From Bacteroidales bacterium (GTDB lineage: Bacteria; Bacteroidota; Bacteroidia; Bacteroidales; VadinHA17), in the NCBI GenBank assembly GCA_046706305.1, contig JBJKPQ010000039.1:12428-76427 (forward strand): a stretch of DNA of 64,000 bases. The letters are read 5' to 3'. A program made the position numbers and the translations under genes. Under the pieces are notes generated by a model that worked only from the letters and a program-made list of their open reading frames with translations, made no database searches and was not told the DNA's origin. Below, piece by piece: positions 28,818-37,847 of the stretch. How positions within the stretch are numbered: the stretch's first letter is position 1; each line of letters begins with the position of its first letter.

Positions 28818-29756
28818 TTAAATTGCTTCTTTTATCTTCTGAGCCAGGTTGGCATGAACCACATCCCTGGTTTGAAGAATCATATTCATTATAGCTTTAC
28901 GCTTTGAGATACCATGCCCGATGACAACATTGGCATTTATCCCGATAATAGGTGTACCACCTATATTCTCAAAATCGAGGCGGTCGAAGAATTCATCCTT
29001 CAGGTTTCTGCTCTTATAAATATGATGAAAGGCTTCCCCCTGTTTCAGAATCACATTACCTACAAAACCATCGCAGACAATAACATCTGTCATCGTCTCA
29101 CGGAAAAGATTATTGCCTTCAATATTTCCGGCAAAGTTAAGGGTCGGATGATCCCTCATAAGTTCATATGCCGCTTTTATTGCGGGTGTACCCTTTGTCT
29201 CTTCTTCACCTATATTCATAAGGCCGACGGTAGGGTTATCCTTCCCGAGTACATATTTGGCATATATAGAACCAAGAATACCATACTGTAACAGCACATC
29301 CGGTTTACAGTCGGGGTTAAGGCCCACATCGAGGATAACTGAATTCCTGTTATCGATGCAGGGGAGCAGGGTGGCAAGGGCAGGTCGCAGAATACCGGGG
29401 ATTACATTAACTGTGTAACTTGCTCCTACCAGCATTGCGCCACTATTCCCGGCACTGCAAAAGCCATCAAGGACTTCACTTTTCAACATCCCGTAGCCAA
29501 CAGCAATGCTGGAATTCTTTTTCTGTGAAAAAGATTTGGCAGGATGATCACCCATTTCAATGACCTGGGTTGTATGTACTATATCAAATAAGGATGGCTC
29601 TGCCTGCATTTCGCTGAGCTTGTCACGGATCGACTGTTCGTCTCCTATAAGCACAAGCTTTTCACCGTCCGACAAATGTTGCAGGGAATCTACTGCGCCC
29701 TCAATGACTGCATCAGGTGCGTAATCACCACCCATGACATCAAGGCCTATTCTCAT
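28818..29756 (-). CDS. plsX: Phosphate acyltransferase PlsX
   Basis: 312 aa. [15 protein letters not shown]-terminus and conserved rpmF-plsX-fabH synteny. Confidence 0.93.
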   Translation of the reverse strand: MRIGLDVMGGDYAPDAVIEGAVDSLQHLSDGEKLVLIGDEQSIRDKLSEMQAEPSLFDIVHTTQVIEMGDHPAKSFSQKKNSSIAVGYGMLKSEVLDGFCSAGNSGAMLVGASYTVNVIPGILRPALATLLPCIDNRNSVILDVGLNPDCKPDVLLQYGILGSIYAKYVLGKDNPTVGLMNIGEEETKGTPAIKAAYELMRDHPTLNFAGNIEGNNLFRETMTDVIVCDGFVGNVILKQGEAFHHIYKSRNLKDEFFDRLDFENIGGTPIIGINANVVIGHGISKRKAIMNMILQTRDVVHANLAQKIKEAI

Positions 29757-29780
29757 ATCCTTTTTGTTAAGTTAAATGCG

Positions 29781-29966
29781 TCAGGCTGTTGCTTTCTTTT
29801 CAATTGCTAACTTCCCCCTGTAATAGCCACACTCAGGACATACCCTGTGATACATCACAGAAGATCCGCAGTTAGAACAGGTAGCAACGGTAGGCGAAGT
29901 AGCTTTGTAATGAGTCCTGCGCTTATCTCTCCTGGTTTTGGAATGTTTGTGTTTCGGATGTGCCAT
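29781..29966 (-). CDS. rpmF: 50S ribosomal protein L32
   Basis: 61 aa. MAHPKHKHSKTRRDKRRTHYKA plus a CxxC...CxxC zinc ribbon. Confidence 0.95.
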   Translation of the reverse strand: MAHPKHKHSKTRRDKRRTHYKATSPTVATCSNCGSSVMYHRVCPECGYYRGKLAIEKKATA

Positions 29967-29977
29967 TTTAATTCAGT

Positions 29978-30499
29978 TTAATTATCGTTCATTAATTTCT
30001 TTAATTCGTCCCATCGCGGATCCGTTACCGGTTCCTCATCAACCATATGCTCTTTCAGCCTCTTCAACATATCCGGGTCGCAAGTGCTCTCACCGTTTGC
30101 ATCGTCCGGATGAACTCTCTTAATCGGAATTGACAGCGCAATATAATCATATATATGCTGCTTCATATCCAGTTCATGTTCATCAGCTGCAAGAAATAAT
30201 ATATCCGGGTCAGTCTCTCCTTCTTCCTTTCCGAACTTAACAAGCAACCTGTTCTCACTTTCAACCGGTTGCGGAAAGATCTCCAGGCACCTGTCGCAAC
30301 AAATATTTACATTACCCCGGATCTTAATCAGCAGATCAAGATGGGTTTTACGCCTTTCCAATTCTATATGCGCTGTAAGGCTTCCCTCCTTTATCTCCGA
30401 TTCTTCAAACTGTTCAAAAAACTCTTTATTAATCTCAAAATCAAATATGTGGAGTCCTTCCTTTAAACCGCCTAACGGTATTATTATGCTACCGGACAT
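29978..30499 (-). CDS. YceD/DUF177 family protein (23S rRNA accumulation protein-like)
   Basis: Sits upstream of rpmF as in most bacteria. Has the CDRC...(C) motif and an acidic C-terminus. The ORF track starts at TTG 30508. I prefer ATG 30497-30499 (MSGSIIIPLGG), 21 nt downstream of a -7 box. Confidence 0.85.
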   Translation of the reverse strand: MSGSIIIPLGGLKEGLHIFDFEINKEFFEQFEESEIKEGSLTAHIELERRKTHLDLLIKIRGNVNICCDRCLEIFPQPVESENRLLVKFGKEEGETDPDILFLAADEHELDMKQHIYDYIALSIPIKRVHPDDANGESTCDPDMLKRLKEHMVDEEPVTDPRWDELKKLMNDN

Positions 30500-30519
30500 C
30501 TCTTTCAAATTTTGGTTTG

Positions 30520-30527
30520 CAAAAATA
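30520..30527 (-). promoter_or_regulatory. Candidate -7 box (TATTTTTG) for yceD-rpmF-plsX-fabH
   Basis: Minus-strand TATTTTTG matches TAnnTTTG, 21 nt upstream of ATG 30499. Confidence 0.4.
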
Positions 30528-30650
30528 TAAATCCTTCGTCAATTAAAAAAATTATCAACAAAAAAGTAACATTTATTGCTGTAAAACACCAAATACCGGT
30601 ATTAAAACGTTGCTCGCCGATTTTCTTTACCTCTTTTTTGCAGGAAAAAT

Positions 30651-30658
30651 TATTTTTG
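30651..30658 (+). promoter_or_regulatory. Candidate -7 box (TATTTTTG) for the LiaF-like/LytS/LytTR cluster
   Basis: TATTTTTG matches TAnnTTTG, 22 nt upstream of ATG 30680. Confidence 0.4.
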
Positions 30659-30679
30659 ACTTAATTAATATTTTTAATC

Positions 30680-31039
30680 ATGAGACGTAAAGATTACAAA
30701 AGAATACGAGAAAGAGAGCACCGGCCGGGTTTAAGTGTGGGACTTTTTTTCATTCTGCTGGGAGTGGCCCTGCTTATTGCCACAAATGATCTCTTTCACC
30801 TGGGCAGCGTGAATAAATATTTCACGTGGGAAACCGCGATGATATTCATTGGCGTATTGCTTCTGCTTAACCTTAAATTTACAGGTGGCCTTGTTATGAT
30901 TGCCTGCGGTGTTTGGTTCCTGCAGGATAATTATTTTATCTTTCCCCATGAATTTTTCAGGATCTACTACTGGCCGGCAGTCATTGGAATTGCGGGCCTG
31001 TCTTTTATCCTTTCTTCACTTGTACACAGGCACAAATAG
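30680..31039 (+). CDS. Small 4-TM membrane protein (LiaI/LiaF-like TM region)
   Basis: 119 aa: a basic N-terminus followed by 4 hydrophobic helices. First gene of a 4-gene same-strand cluster. Confidence 0.5.
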   Translation: MRRKDYKRIREREHRPGLSVGLFFILLGVALLIATNDLFHLGSVNKYFTWETAMIFIGVLLLLNLKFTGGLVMIACGVWFLQDNYFIFPHEFFRIYYWPAVIGIAGLSFILSSLVHRHK

Positions 31040-31072
31040 ATAATCTAGTAAAAATCAAATAAATCTATAGTT

Positions 31073-31825
31073 ATGGAAACAAATGAGAACTTTACGGGCG
31101 GCAGTATGCCGGATGGACACAATCACCACTACCCCTCAAATAACAGGGCAATAATTGGTGTGGTCCTTGTTTTGGTCGGATTGTTCCTTGTCCTGAGAAA
31201 CACAGGGTTTTTCCCCGGATTCATCGATCATATAATATTCAGCTGGCCAATGCTGCTTATTGCTGTTGGCCTTGTGATGACTCTCGGATCGACAGAAAAG
31301 ACAGCCGGTATTATTGTTATGGCCGTCGGCGGATTTTTCCTTTTACCGAAAATATTCAGTGAGACCTTTTATAATTACAATATGTTCTGGCCATCAATAT
31401 TTATTATAATAGGCGTAATTTTTATTGTTTCACGAAGGAAAGGCGGGGGACCCGCGTTTTCCAAGGGTGTTGCCGGTGACGATTATATAGACTATGTCCA
31501 CATTTTCAGTGGAGGAGAACGCCAGATAATATCGCAGAATTTCAGGGGCGGCAAGCTGACAGCGATATTCGGAGGTACCGAGATAGATCTTACAAAAGCA
31601 GGTCTGGCACCAGGCAGGAATACAATTGAACTTGCATGCATATTTGGCGGAGCCACAATAATAGTGCCCGATGAATGGAATGTAAAAATTGAAGTTACTC
31701 CTATCCTCGGAGGGTTTAATGATTCCCGGAAACTGATATCGGGAACTCCTGTCGATCCTACAAAACAGCTTGTAATAACAGGAGCTGTTATTTTCGGAGG
31801 TGGTGAAATAAAAAGCTATAAATGA
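31073..31825 (+). CDS. LiaF-like cell-envelope stress protein (TM region + DUF2154-type C-terminal domain)
   Basis: 250 aa with 4 TM helices. The C-terminal domain GGKLTAIFGGTEIDLTKAGLAPGRNTIELACIFGGATIIVPDEWNVKIEVTPILGGF is LiaF/YvqF-like. Confidence 0.7.
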   Translation: METNENFTGGSMPDGHNHHYPSNNRAIIGVVLVLVGLFLVLRNTGFFPGFIDHIIFSWPMLLIAVGLVMTLGSTEKTAGIIVMAVGGFFLLPKIFSETFYNYNMFWPSIFIIIGVIFIVSRRKGGGPAFSKGVAGDDYIDYVHIFSGGERQIISQNFRGGKLTAIFGGTEIDLTKAGLAPGRNTIELACIFGGATIIVPDEWNVKIEVTPILGGFNDSRKLISGTPVDPTKQLVITGAVIFGGGEIKSYK

Positions 31826-31833
31826 TATTATGA

Positions 31834-32889
31834 ATGAAACACCCTGTATTTGAAAACAGTGTGCGACAGCTTGTTTGGTGGCTGGCCTGGGTCCTCGTGG
31901 CTTTAGGCCAGTCAGTCCTGTTTTATTATGTATATGGCAGCTTCATAAAAGTAAGCCTTGTTGAAAGCCTTATATCCATGATTATTTATTCCGGACTGGC
32001 TTTGTCGATATGGTACCCTTTTCAGTATTTTAATTCAGGTGAAACGCGAACATCTGTACAACTTACAAATATTATTATTATCGGTGCCATAACGGTCAGT
32101 CTCTGGATACTGCTTGTAAAAATTATTACAGGCACAGTTGTACAGGAAGGTGCCGGTTACAATGCCTACTGGTCTGCCACCCTTCCCTACAGGATAGGAG
32201 AAGGTGTGTTTCTTTACGGACTGGTTATACTCACATATTATCTTTTTATAAGCCTCACAAAATTATCGGAAAGAAATGCCAGGGCCGCCAAACTTGAGAG
32301 CCTGGTCAGGGAAACGGAGATCAAAATGCTAAGATCCCAGATAAATCCTCATTTCCTCTTCAACAGCCTGAACTCTATCAGCTCACTAACAATAACCGAC
32401 CCTGAGAAAGCAAGAGAAATGGTTGTAAAACTTTCCGAATTCATGCGATATGCGCTTTCGAGAAAAGATGAACAGCCTGTTACACTGGAGAATGAACTTG
32501 ACAACCTCAGACTTTATCTCGATATAGAGAAAGTGAGATTCGGGGATAAGCTTATTACAGAAGAATATATTGAAAATGAATGTCTTGGTTATAAGATACC
32601 TGTGATGCTTCTGCAACCCCTTTATGAGAATGCAGTAAAATATGGTGTTTATGAAAGCACAGGCACCGTGAATATCAAAACAGAGGCAAAAATTAAGAAC
32701 AGGGCCCTTGAAATAACCATAAGCAATAATTTTGATGCCTCTCCCAGGTTAAGGATAGGTACCGGCACGGGACTGCTGAATGTAAGCAGGAGGCTTGAAC
32801 TATATTACGGTAATAAAGCATCGATAAGTACAACAAAAGATAATGGTATTTTTACCGTGAGGCTTTTTATTCCCGAATTGCATTCCTGA
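31834..32889 (+). CDS. LytS/YehU-type sensor histidine kinase (His_kinase PF06580 type)
   Basis: 351 aa: N-terminal TM helices, H-box MLRSQINPHFLFNSLNSISSL, N-box YENAVKYG, G-box GTGTGLLNVSRRL. Confidence 0.88.
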   Translation: MKHPVFENSVRQLVWWLAWVLVALGQSVLFYYVYGSFIKVSLVESLISMIIYSGLALSIWYPFQYFNSGETRTSVQLTNIIIIGAITVSLWILLVKIITGTVVQEGAGYNAYWSATLPYRIGEGVFLYGLVILTYYLFISLTKLSERNARAAKLESLVRETEIKMLRSQINPHFLFNSLNSISSLTITDPEKAREMVVKLSEFMRYALSRKDEQPVTLENELDNLRLYLDIEKVRFGDKLITEEYIENECLGYKIPVMLLQPLYENAVKYGVYESTGTVNIKTEAKIKNRALEITISNNFDASPRLRIGTGTGLLNVSRRLELYYGNKASISTTKDNGIFTVRLFIPELHS

Positions 32890-32973
32890 ATCATGATTTC
32901 GAAATTTATGCTTAATTTTAGTGGGTTAACAACGGGCCCGCCGGGATGACCCTTTTTAAAATGAATAGGTAAA

Positions 32974-33726
32974 ATGGAAAAGATCCGAACAATTATTGTT
33001 GATGATGAATCACCTGCAAGGGAACTTATTAAGCATTACCTGACAGAACTGGATGATATTGAAGTTATAGCGGAATGCGCCGATGGCTTTAACGGTCTTA
33101 AAACAATTACAGCCATGAAACCGGAACTTGTCTTTCTGGATATTCAGATGCCCAGGCTCACAGGGATTGAGATGGTGGAGGTTATGACTGAAAAGCCGGA
33201 AATAATATTTACAACGGCATATGATCAGTTCGCTCTTAAGGCTTTCGAACTTAATGCTGTCGATTACCTCATGAAACCTTTTCCAAAAAGAAGGTTCATA
33301 GAAGCCACAAAGAAAGCTGTTGACAAGATACATTCGGGTCTCGGAAATAAGAAACCGGCTAACCTCCTGCTTGAGAAAAAGCCGGAGAGCGGCACCCCTG
33401 TAAACAGGATAGTCGTAAGGAAAGGAAATTCTATAAACCTTATACCGGTCGACCAGATCAGATTCGTGGAGGCCCAGGATGATTATGTAATGATATACCA
33501 TACTGAAGGAAAGTCACTTAAACAACAGACAATGAAGTTTTACGAGGAAAACCTTCCGCGTGAGGACTTTGTAAGGGTTCACAGGTCATATATTGTGCGG
33601 GTGGAAGAGATCAATAAGATAGAACCGTATGGAAAGGATAACCACGTCGCAATACTCAAATCGGGAGATAAGTTGCCCGTAAGCAGATCGGGGTATAAGC
33701 AGCTCAAGGAAGAGCTGAATTTCTGA
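32974..33726 (+). CDS. LytR/AlgR-family response regulator (REC + LytTR DNA-binding domain)
   Basis: 250 aa. Receiver motifs IIVDDE, LVFLDIQMPRLTG and YLMKPF. LytTR domain IVVRKGNSINLIPVDQIRFVEAQDDYVMIYH...FVRVHRSYIV. Confidence 0.92.
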   Translation: MEKIRTIIVDDESPARELIKHYLTELDDIEVIAECADGFNGLKTITAMKPELVFLDIQMPRLTGIEMVEVMTEKPEIIFTTAYDQFALKAFELNAVDYLMKPFPKRRFIEATKKAVDKIHSGLGNKKPANLLLEKKPESGTPVNRIVVRKGNSINLIPVDQIRFVEAQDDYVMIYHTEGKSLKQQTMKFYEENLPREDFVRVHRSYIVRVEEINKIEPYGKDNHVAILKSGDKLPVSRSGYKQLKEELNF

Positions 33727-33731
33727 TGTTT

Positions 33732-34040
33732 TTAGTGCTTAAGCCTGTTTTCCGACTGCCATTTCCCGGTATATGTTTTTAAAGGATGGTATTTCCTGAA
33801 CCTGATAACAGGCACAGGGTCGTATCCATGTGTACCACCCGGCCGGCATCTCAGAATACGTCCTGTTCCCATCAGGAGACCTGTAAACGGTCCAAACCGC
33901 CTGAGGGCATCGAGCATGTACTGCGAACAGGTGGGGACATGACGGCAGGAAGGCCGGAGGAAAGGAGATATGGCATACCTGTAGAAAAGTACAGGCAGGG
34001 ATAATATAAAGGATAAGATGCTGTTTATAAACTTTATCAT
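33732..34040 (-). CDS. yidD: Membrane protein insertion efficiency factor YidD
   Basis: 102 aa. [33 protein letters not shown]...[17 protein letters not shown] is the YidD signature. The overlapping ORF 33739..34056 is in the wrong frame. Confidence 0.88.
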   Translation of the reverse strand: MIKFINSILSFILSLPVLFYRYAISPFLRPSCRHVPTCSQYMLDALRRFGPFTGLLMGTGRILRCRPGGTHGYDPVPVIRFRKYHPLKTYTGKWQSENRLKH

Positions 34041-34044
34041 ACGG

Positions 34045-34052
34045 CAAATATA
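34045..34052 (-). promoter_or_regulatory. Candidate -7 box (TATATTTG) placed for a leaderless yidD transcript
   Basis: Minus-strand TATATTTG matches TAnnTTTG. Its final G is 5 nt before the A of the yidD ATG (34040). Confidence 0.3.
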
Positions 34053-34317
34053 ACAATTGGCCGGCTAAAGTAGTTTACACGTTAGAAACACATGGCACAT
34101 TTCAATATGACAAAATGACCTTATGTAAGTGACTGTCTCAAAAGGTCTGATGCACACCCCCTGCACCTTAAAGCAGACTATAACCACCTGATATTCAAAT
34201 GTCCCCTTAAGAAGAATTAGCGGTAGTATTAATTAAAATGTCCTTTTTGTGATTGTCAATCGAAGAATGGCAGAAATTTTGCAGAGAGATTATTTTAAAA
34301 ATGGAGGAAAAAGAACT

Positions 34318-34995
34318 ATGGGTATATGGATAATTTTAATAGGCATTATGGTACTGAGTATGATCGTAAGCCTTACTCTGCAGTCAAAATTTAAAAAATA
34401 TTCAAAAATACCACTCGACAGCGGGTTGTCGGGGAGGGAAGTGGCAATGAAAATGCTGGAAGAAAATGGTATTTACGATGTGAAGGTGGAAAGTGTCCCC
34501 GGTCGATTGACAGATCATTATAATCCTGCAAACAAAACAGTAAATCTCAGCCAGGGTGTATATAACGGCAGGAGCATTGCCGCCGCCGCTGTGGCAGCTC
34601 ATGAATGCGGTCATGCCGTGCAGCATGCAAAAGCCTATGCATGGCTTGGAATGAGGTCAAAACTTGTGCCTGCAGTAAGCCTGTCATCGAAATATGTAAC
34701 ATGGATACTGCTTGCAGGAATCCTTCTCATCCAGCGTTTCCCGGGTATCATGCTGGCAGGTATTATACTTTTCGCAATGACAACCCTCTTCAGCTTTATT
34801 ACGCTGCCTGTGGAAATCAATGCAAGTAAAAGGGCACTTGCCTGGCTGTCAACCTCAGGTATTACAACACATGAGAACCATGCAAAGGCAGAAGATGCCC
34901 TCAGATGGGCCGCTTATACATATGTAATTGCTGCACTGGGTTCGCTTGCGACATTATTGTACTATATAATGATATTTATGGGCTCCAGGAGGTGA
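34318..34995 (+). CDS. Membrane zinc metallopeptidase (Zn_peptidase_2 / YugP-like)
   Basis: HECGHAVQH zinc motif. TM helix at the N-terminus followed by QSKFKKYSKIPL, as in the YugP family. I prefer ATG 34318 (MGIWIILIG). The ORF track starts at GTG 34249, and ATG 34267 is also possible. Confidence 0.8.
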   Translation: MGIWIILIGIMVLSMIVSLTLQSKFKKYSKIPLDSGLSGREVAMKMLEENGIYDVKVESVPGRLTDHYNPANKTVNLSQGVYNGRSIAAAAVAAHECGHAVQHAKAYAWLGMRSKLVPAVSLSSKYVTWILLAGILLIQRFPGIMLAGIILFAMTTLFSFITLPVEINASKRALAWLSTSGITTHENHAKAEDALRWAAYTYVIAALGSLATLLYYIMIFMGSRR

Positions 34996-35191
34996 CCCCC
35001 TTGCCCCCGACGCTGAAGGTCAGGAGAGCCCTTCGGGCGTTCCCCCTGAAGGGGGACTAATTCAGCCAAATATATGACGGAATTGTCTCCCCTTTAGGGG
35101 AGATGTCAGCTTCGCTGACAGAGGGGTTGTCTATCCCGAAATTGCTGCTGCTTTAAAGCGGGGAGCTGTCAGCTTAGCTGACAGAGGGGTT
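34996..35191. repeat. GC-rich hairpin/repeat island 1 (REP-like) between convergent genes
   Basis: Consecutive short hairpins: TCCCCC-TGAA-GGGGGA (35041-35056), TCTCCCC-TTTA-GGGGAGA (35086-35103), TGTCAGC-TTC-GCTGACA (35104-35120) and CTGTCAGC-TTA-GCTGACAG (35166-35184). A 25-nt direct repeat TGTCAGCTT[C/A]GCTGACAGAGGGGTT occurs at 35104-35128 and 35167-35191. The motif CCCCCGACGCT..GGTC is shared with island 2. Confidence 0.8.
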
Positions 35192-35927
35192 ACCGGCCCT
35201 GGACTTCGAGCCAGCGCGTATATTTGTGAATGGATCTCACAATAAGCCAGATAATTCCTGCAGGTACACCCAGATAGATCCACATTCCGGTGAGATAGAA
35301 TCTTCCCGATAGGAAATAGTTTCGTACTAGATCAAGTAAAATGAATATAACAAAAATATTTACGAAGCTGTTGTATTCTCTTTTCAGTACATTCCTGACG
35401 GAAAAATGAAGTTTTGTAGGTAAATAGTTGAAAGAAAGGGGAATGAAAGATCCGACTTTCTCCGACCATTTATCATACACGTCACCGAACTTCTTTCTCA
35501 GGAACTGCTCTTCTGCAAACATTATACGTTCATAATAGAGCCAGTAAATAAGAATAAACACTATTGTGAACCATGTGGAACGAATGAAAAGAACCGGACC
35601 AAGCCACATAAAAAAATTACCCACATACAGAGGGTGACGCACTATGGAATAAATACCTGTCACGTTTAATACATCGGCTATCTGGCCTGCCGATGTATTG
35701 CGGCCCGAAGTATTTTTGGGGGCAAAACCAACCGTAAAAATTCTTATCATCTCGCCCAGCAGGCTTACACCCAGGAATATCAGTTCATCACGCATGTCAA
35801 ACAGGATAGCCTGCCTGTTACCGATATACATTACGAATATGCCTGTTACAACAAGGAATACCGGAAGCCAGCTTCTTCTTTTAAACAACCAGTTACCGCT
35901 TCTTTCAAATTCATGTACAAGGGCCAT
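35190..35927 (-). CDS. Polytopic membrane methyltransferase, ICMT/PEMT (Ste14-like) family
   Basis: 245 aa with 5-6 TM helices. Family motif VRHPLYVGNFFMWLGPVL and downstream EE..L...FG..Y..Y. Confidence 0.75.
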   Translation of the reverse strand: MALVHEFERSGNWLFKRRSWLPVFLVVTGIFVMYIGNRQAILFDMRDELIFLGVSLLGEMIRIFTVGFAPKNTSGRNTSAGQIADVLNVTGIYSIVRHPLYVGNFFMWLGPVLFIRSTWFTIVFILIYWLYYERIMFAEEQFLRKKFGDVYDKWSEKVGSFIPLSFNYLPTKLHFSVRNVLKREYNSFVNIFVIFILLDLVRNYFLSGRFYLTGMWIYLGVPAGIIWLIVRSIHKYTRWLEVQGR

Positions 35928-35966
35928 CTCTGTCTTTTTAAATGATGTGGCAAAAGTATGAAAAAT

Positions 35967-37121
35967 CTAGAAACTGTACTTTACTCTTATATATGCCATG
36001 TTAATTATTTGACTGTTGCCGCTGATATTACTGTCGAAATGCTGCCAGTACACCGAAAAATCAACATTCTCAGCCATATTGTAATCAAGTGAGGGGCCGG
36101 CAAAATATCCTTTCAGGTCGGGAAACCACATGGCCGAAAGGGTAAGGTTAAATAACGGGGTCACCGGGTATGAGTATGATCCAAAAGCTGTAAACTTTGA
36201 AAATGCCAGGTCTTTTGTAGTCATTGTTGTATTGTAAAGAGAAGTGAAATTACCTATGTTATAAGGGTTATTACAATACATAAGCTGTAACTGTGCCATC
36301 GAATTATCGCTGAATGACCTGTCGAGTCCGGCTGTGAAGATACCTGTTCCTGTTGAACCCGTATTACTTTTTGCAGGCTGGAACCATGTTGCCTCACCTC
36401 TGAATGACAGAGAGCCGAAAGCCCCCGACCATCCGGTACCGGCAACCAGATCTTCACTGTTAAAACAGCCACCGAGAAATTGTATATCAAAACCCCATTT
36501 ATTGAACCTGAAAAGGGCTGCTGCTGTAATCCTGTCCATGTAATCGGCTTTTACCGCCAGCTCTATTGCCGAAGAATAGGAAGGATAATACTGCAGCCGT
36601 ACGGCATCGCTTCCCGGACGCTCAACATAGTCAAAATCAAAATATGAATATGCATTGAAAATATCATTAGGGTTCCACACAAGTGTCTGTCCCCAGTTGA
36701 TCCTCTGTCTTCCTACCCTGGCTTCAAAATTACCTTTATTATAGTCGACCCACAACCTGTCGATAGTGGTATTGAAAAAATATGACGGCTGATTAAGAAT
36801 ATTCCATGACATATCGATCAATCCGTTATCGGAAGAAACGGATTTTGCATATGATGGTCCGAGTTTTACCATATCTCCTGTAAAGAGCCTGTTCCTGAAC
36901 TCAGCTGCAAAGGTGATATTATCATTTACATATCCCTTGAAATTGAGCCTGTTATGCACCAGGTAATCGTTTATGAACGGACCCGACAATGAATCGAAAA
37001 TGGCACTTTGCATTGTAGTGAGGTAGCCGTTGAAGGAAAGAAATTTTTTTTTCTCCTGTCCTGAGACCGTTGAAGTAAAGGCAAGTATAATTAACAGTAT
37101 TATTGTGAAGAGGCGTTTCAT
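35967..37121 (-). CDS. Outer-membrane beta-barrel protein (porin/alginate-export-like), unknown family
   Basis: 384 aa with signal peptide MKRLFTIILLIILAFTSTVSG-Q. Alternating-strand composition, RQRINWGQT motif, C-terminal ...IRVKYSF (OMP beta-signal-like). Confidence 0.6.
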   Translation of the reverse strand: MKRLFTIILLIILAFTSTVSGQEKKKFLSFNGYLTTMQSAIFDSLSGPFINDYLVHNRLNFKGYVNDNITFAAEFRNRLFTGDMVKLGPSYAKSVSSDNGLIDMSWNILNQPSYFFNTTIDRLWVDYNKGNFEARVGRQRINWGQTLVWNPNDIFNAYSYFDFDYVERPGSDAVRLQYYPSYSSAIELAVKADYMDRITAAALFRFNKWGFDIQFLGGCFNSEDLVAGTGWSGAFGSLSFRGEATWFQPAKSNTGSTGTGIFTAGLDRSFSDNSMAQLQLMYCNNPYNIGNFTSLYNTTMTTKDLAFSKFTAFGSYSYPVTPLFNLTLSAMWFPDLKGYFAGPSLDYNMAENVDFSVYWQHFDSNISGNSQIINMAYIRVKYSF

Positions 37122-37132
37122 CCCGGCATCCT

Positions 37133-37822
37133 TTATTTTTTCCTTATCTCATCGGATACTACTTTCCCGTCTTCAAGAGTAATAATGCGCCTGGCCATTT
37201 TTACCACTCTTGCATCGTGAGTCGAAAAAATAAAGGTGATTTTTTCTTCCCTGTTAAGCTTTTCCATAATCTCAAGGAGCGTCGTTGATGATTTGGAGTC
37301 GAGGTTTGCAGTGGGTTCATCCGCAAGCACAAACTTAGGCCTTGAGGCAAGTGCTCTTGCCACGGCAACTCTTTGTTGCTGACCACCTGACAGCTTCGAG
37401 GGTCTGCTGTTTATCCTGTCACCCAGTCCGACAGCTTTAAGCAATTCGTATGTTCTTGAGTCCCTGTCATCCTTCGCCCATTTTTGCAAAGACATAATAA
37501 ATTCGACATTTTCCTTTGCCGTGAGGACGGGAATAAGATTGTAAGCCTGGAATACAAAGCCAATGTTGTGCAGCCTGAAGTCTATCAGCTCCGAAGACTT
37601 CAGCTTTGCAAGATTAGTGCCGTCAATTATGATCTCTCCTGATGATGGAGTATCAAGACCGCCTATAAGGTTAAGAAGAGTTGTTTTTCCGGAACCTGAA
37701 GGTCCGACGATAGCAGCAAACTCTGCCTCCTCAAATTCAAGGGTTACCCCGTTTACGGCATGTACCTTGATTTCAGACTCATTATATATTTTGTAAACGT
37801 CTTTAATATCAAGCACTTTCAT
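37133..37822 (-). CDS. ABC transporter ATP-binding protein (LolD/MacB/FtsE-type)
   Basis: 229 aa. Walker A GPSGSGKTT, signature LSGGQQQRV, Walker B FVLADEPT, H-loop STHD. Confidence 0.93.
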   Translation of the reverse strand: MKVLDIKDVYKIYNESEIKVHAVNGVTLEFEEAEFAAIVGPSGSGKTTLLNLIGGLDTPSSGEIIIDGTNLAKLKSSELIDFRLHNIGFVFQAYNLIPVLTAKENVEFIMSLQKWAKDDRDSRTYELLKAVGLGDRINSRPSKLSGGQQQRVAVARALASRPKFVLADEPTANLDSKSSTTLLEIMEKLNREEKITFIFSTHDARVVKMARRIITLEDGKVVSDEIRKK

Positions 37823-37847
37823 GACTAGGTTATTTAAATGTTATAAT

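Noticed and set aside
32918-32960. GC-rich patch GGGTTAACAACGGGCCCGCCGGGATGACCCTTTTT between the LytS-type kinase and the LytTR regulator, considered as an attenuator or terminator.
   Set aside because: I could not draw a stem longer than 3-4 bp with a viable loop. The T5 run alone is not sufficient.
33739-34056. 105-aa ORF overlapping yidD in another frame.
   Set aside because: The YidD signature (FYRYAISPF...[10 protein letters not shown]) is in the 33732..34040 frame. The alternative frame has no motif.
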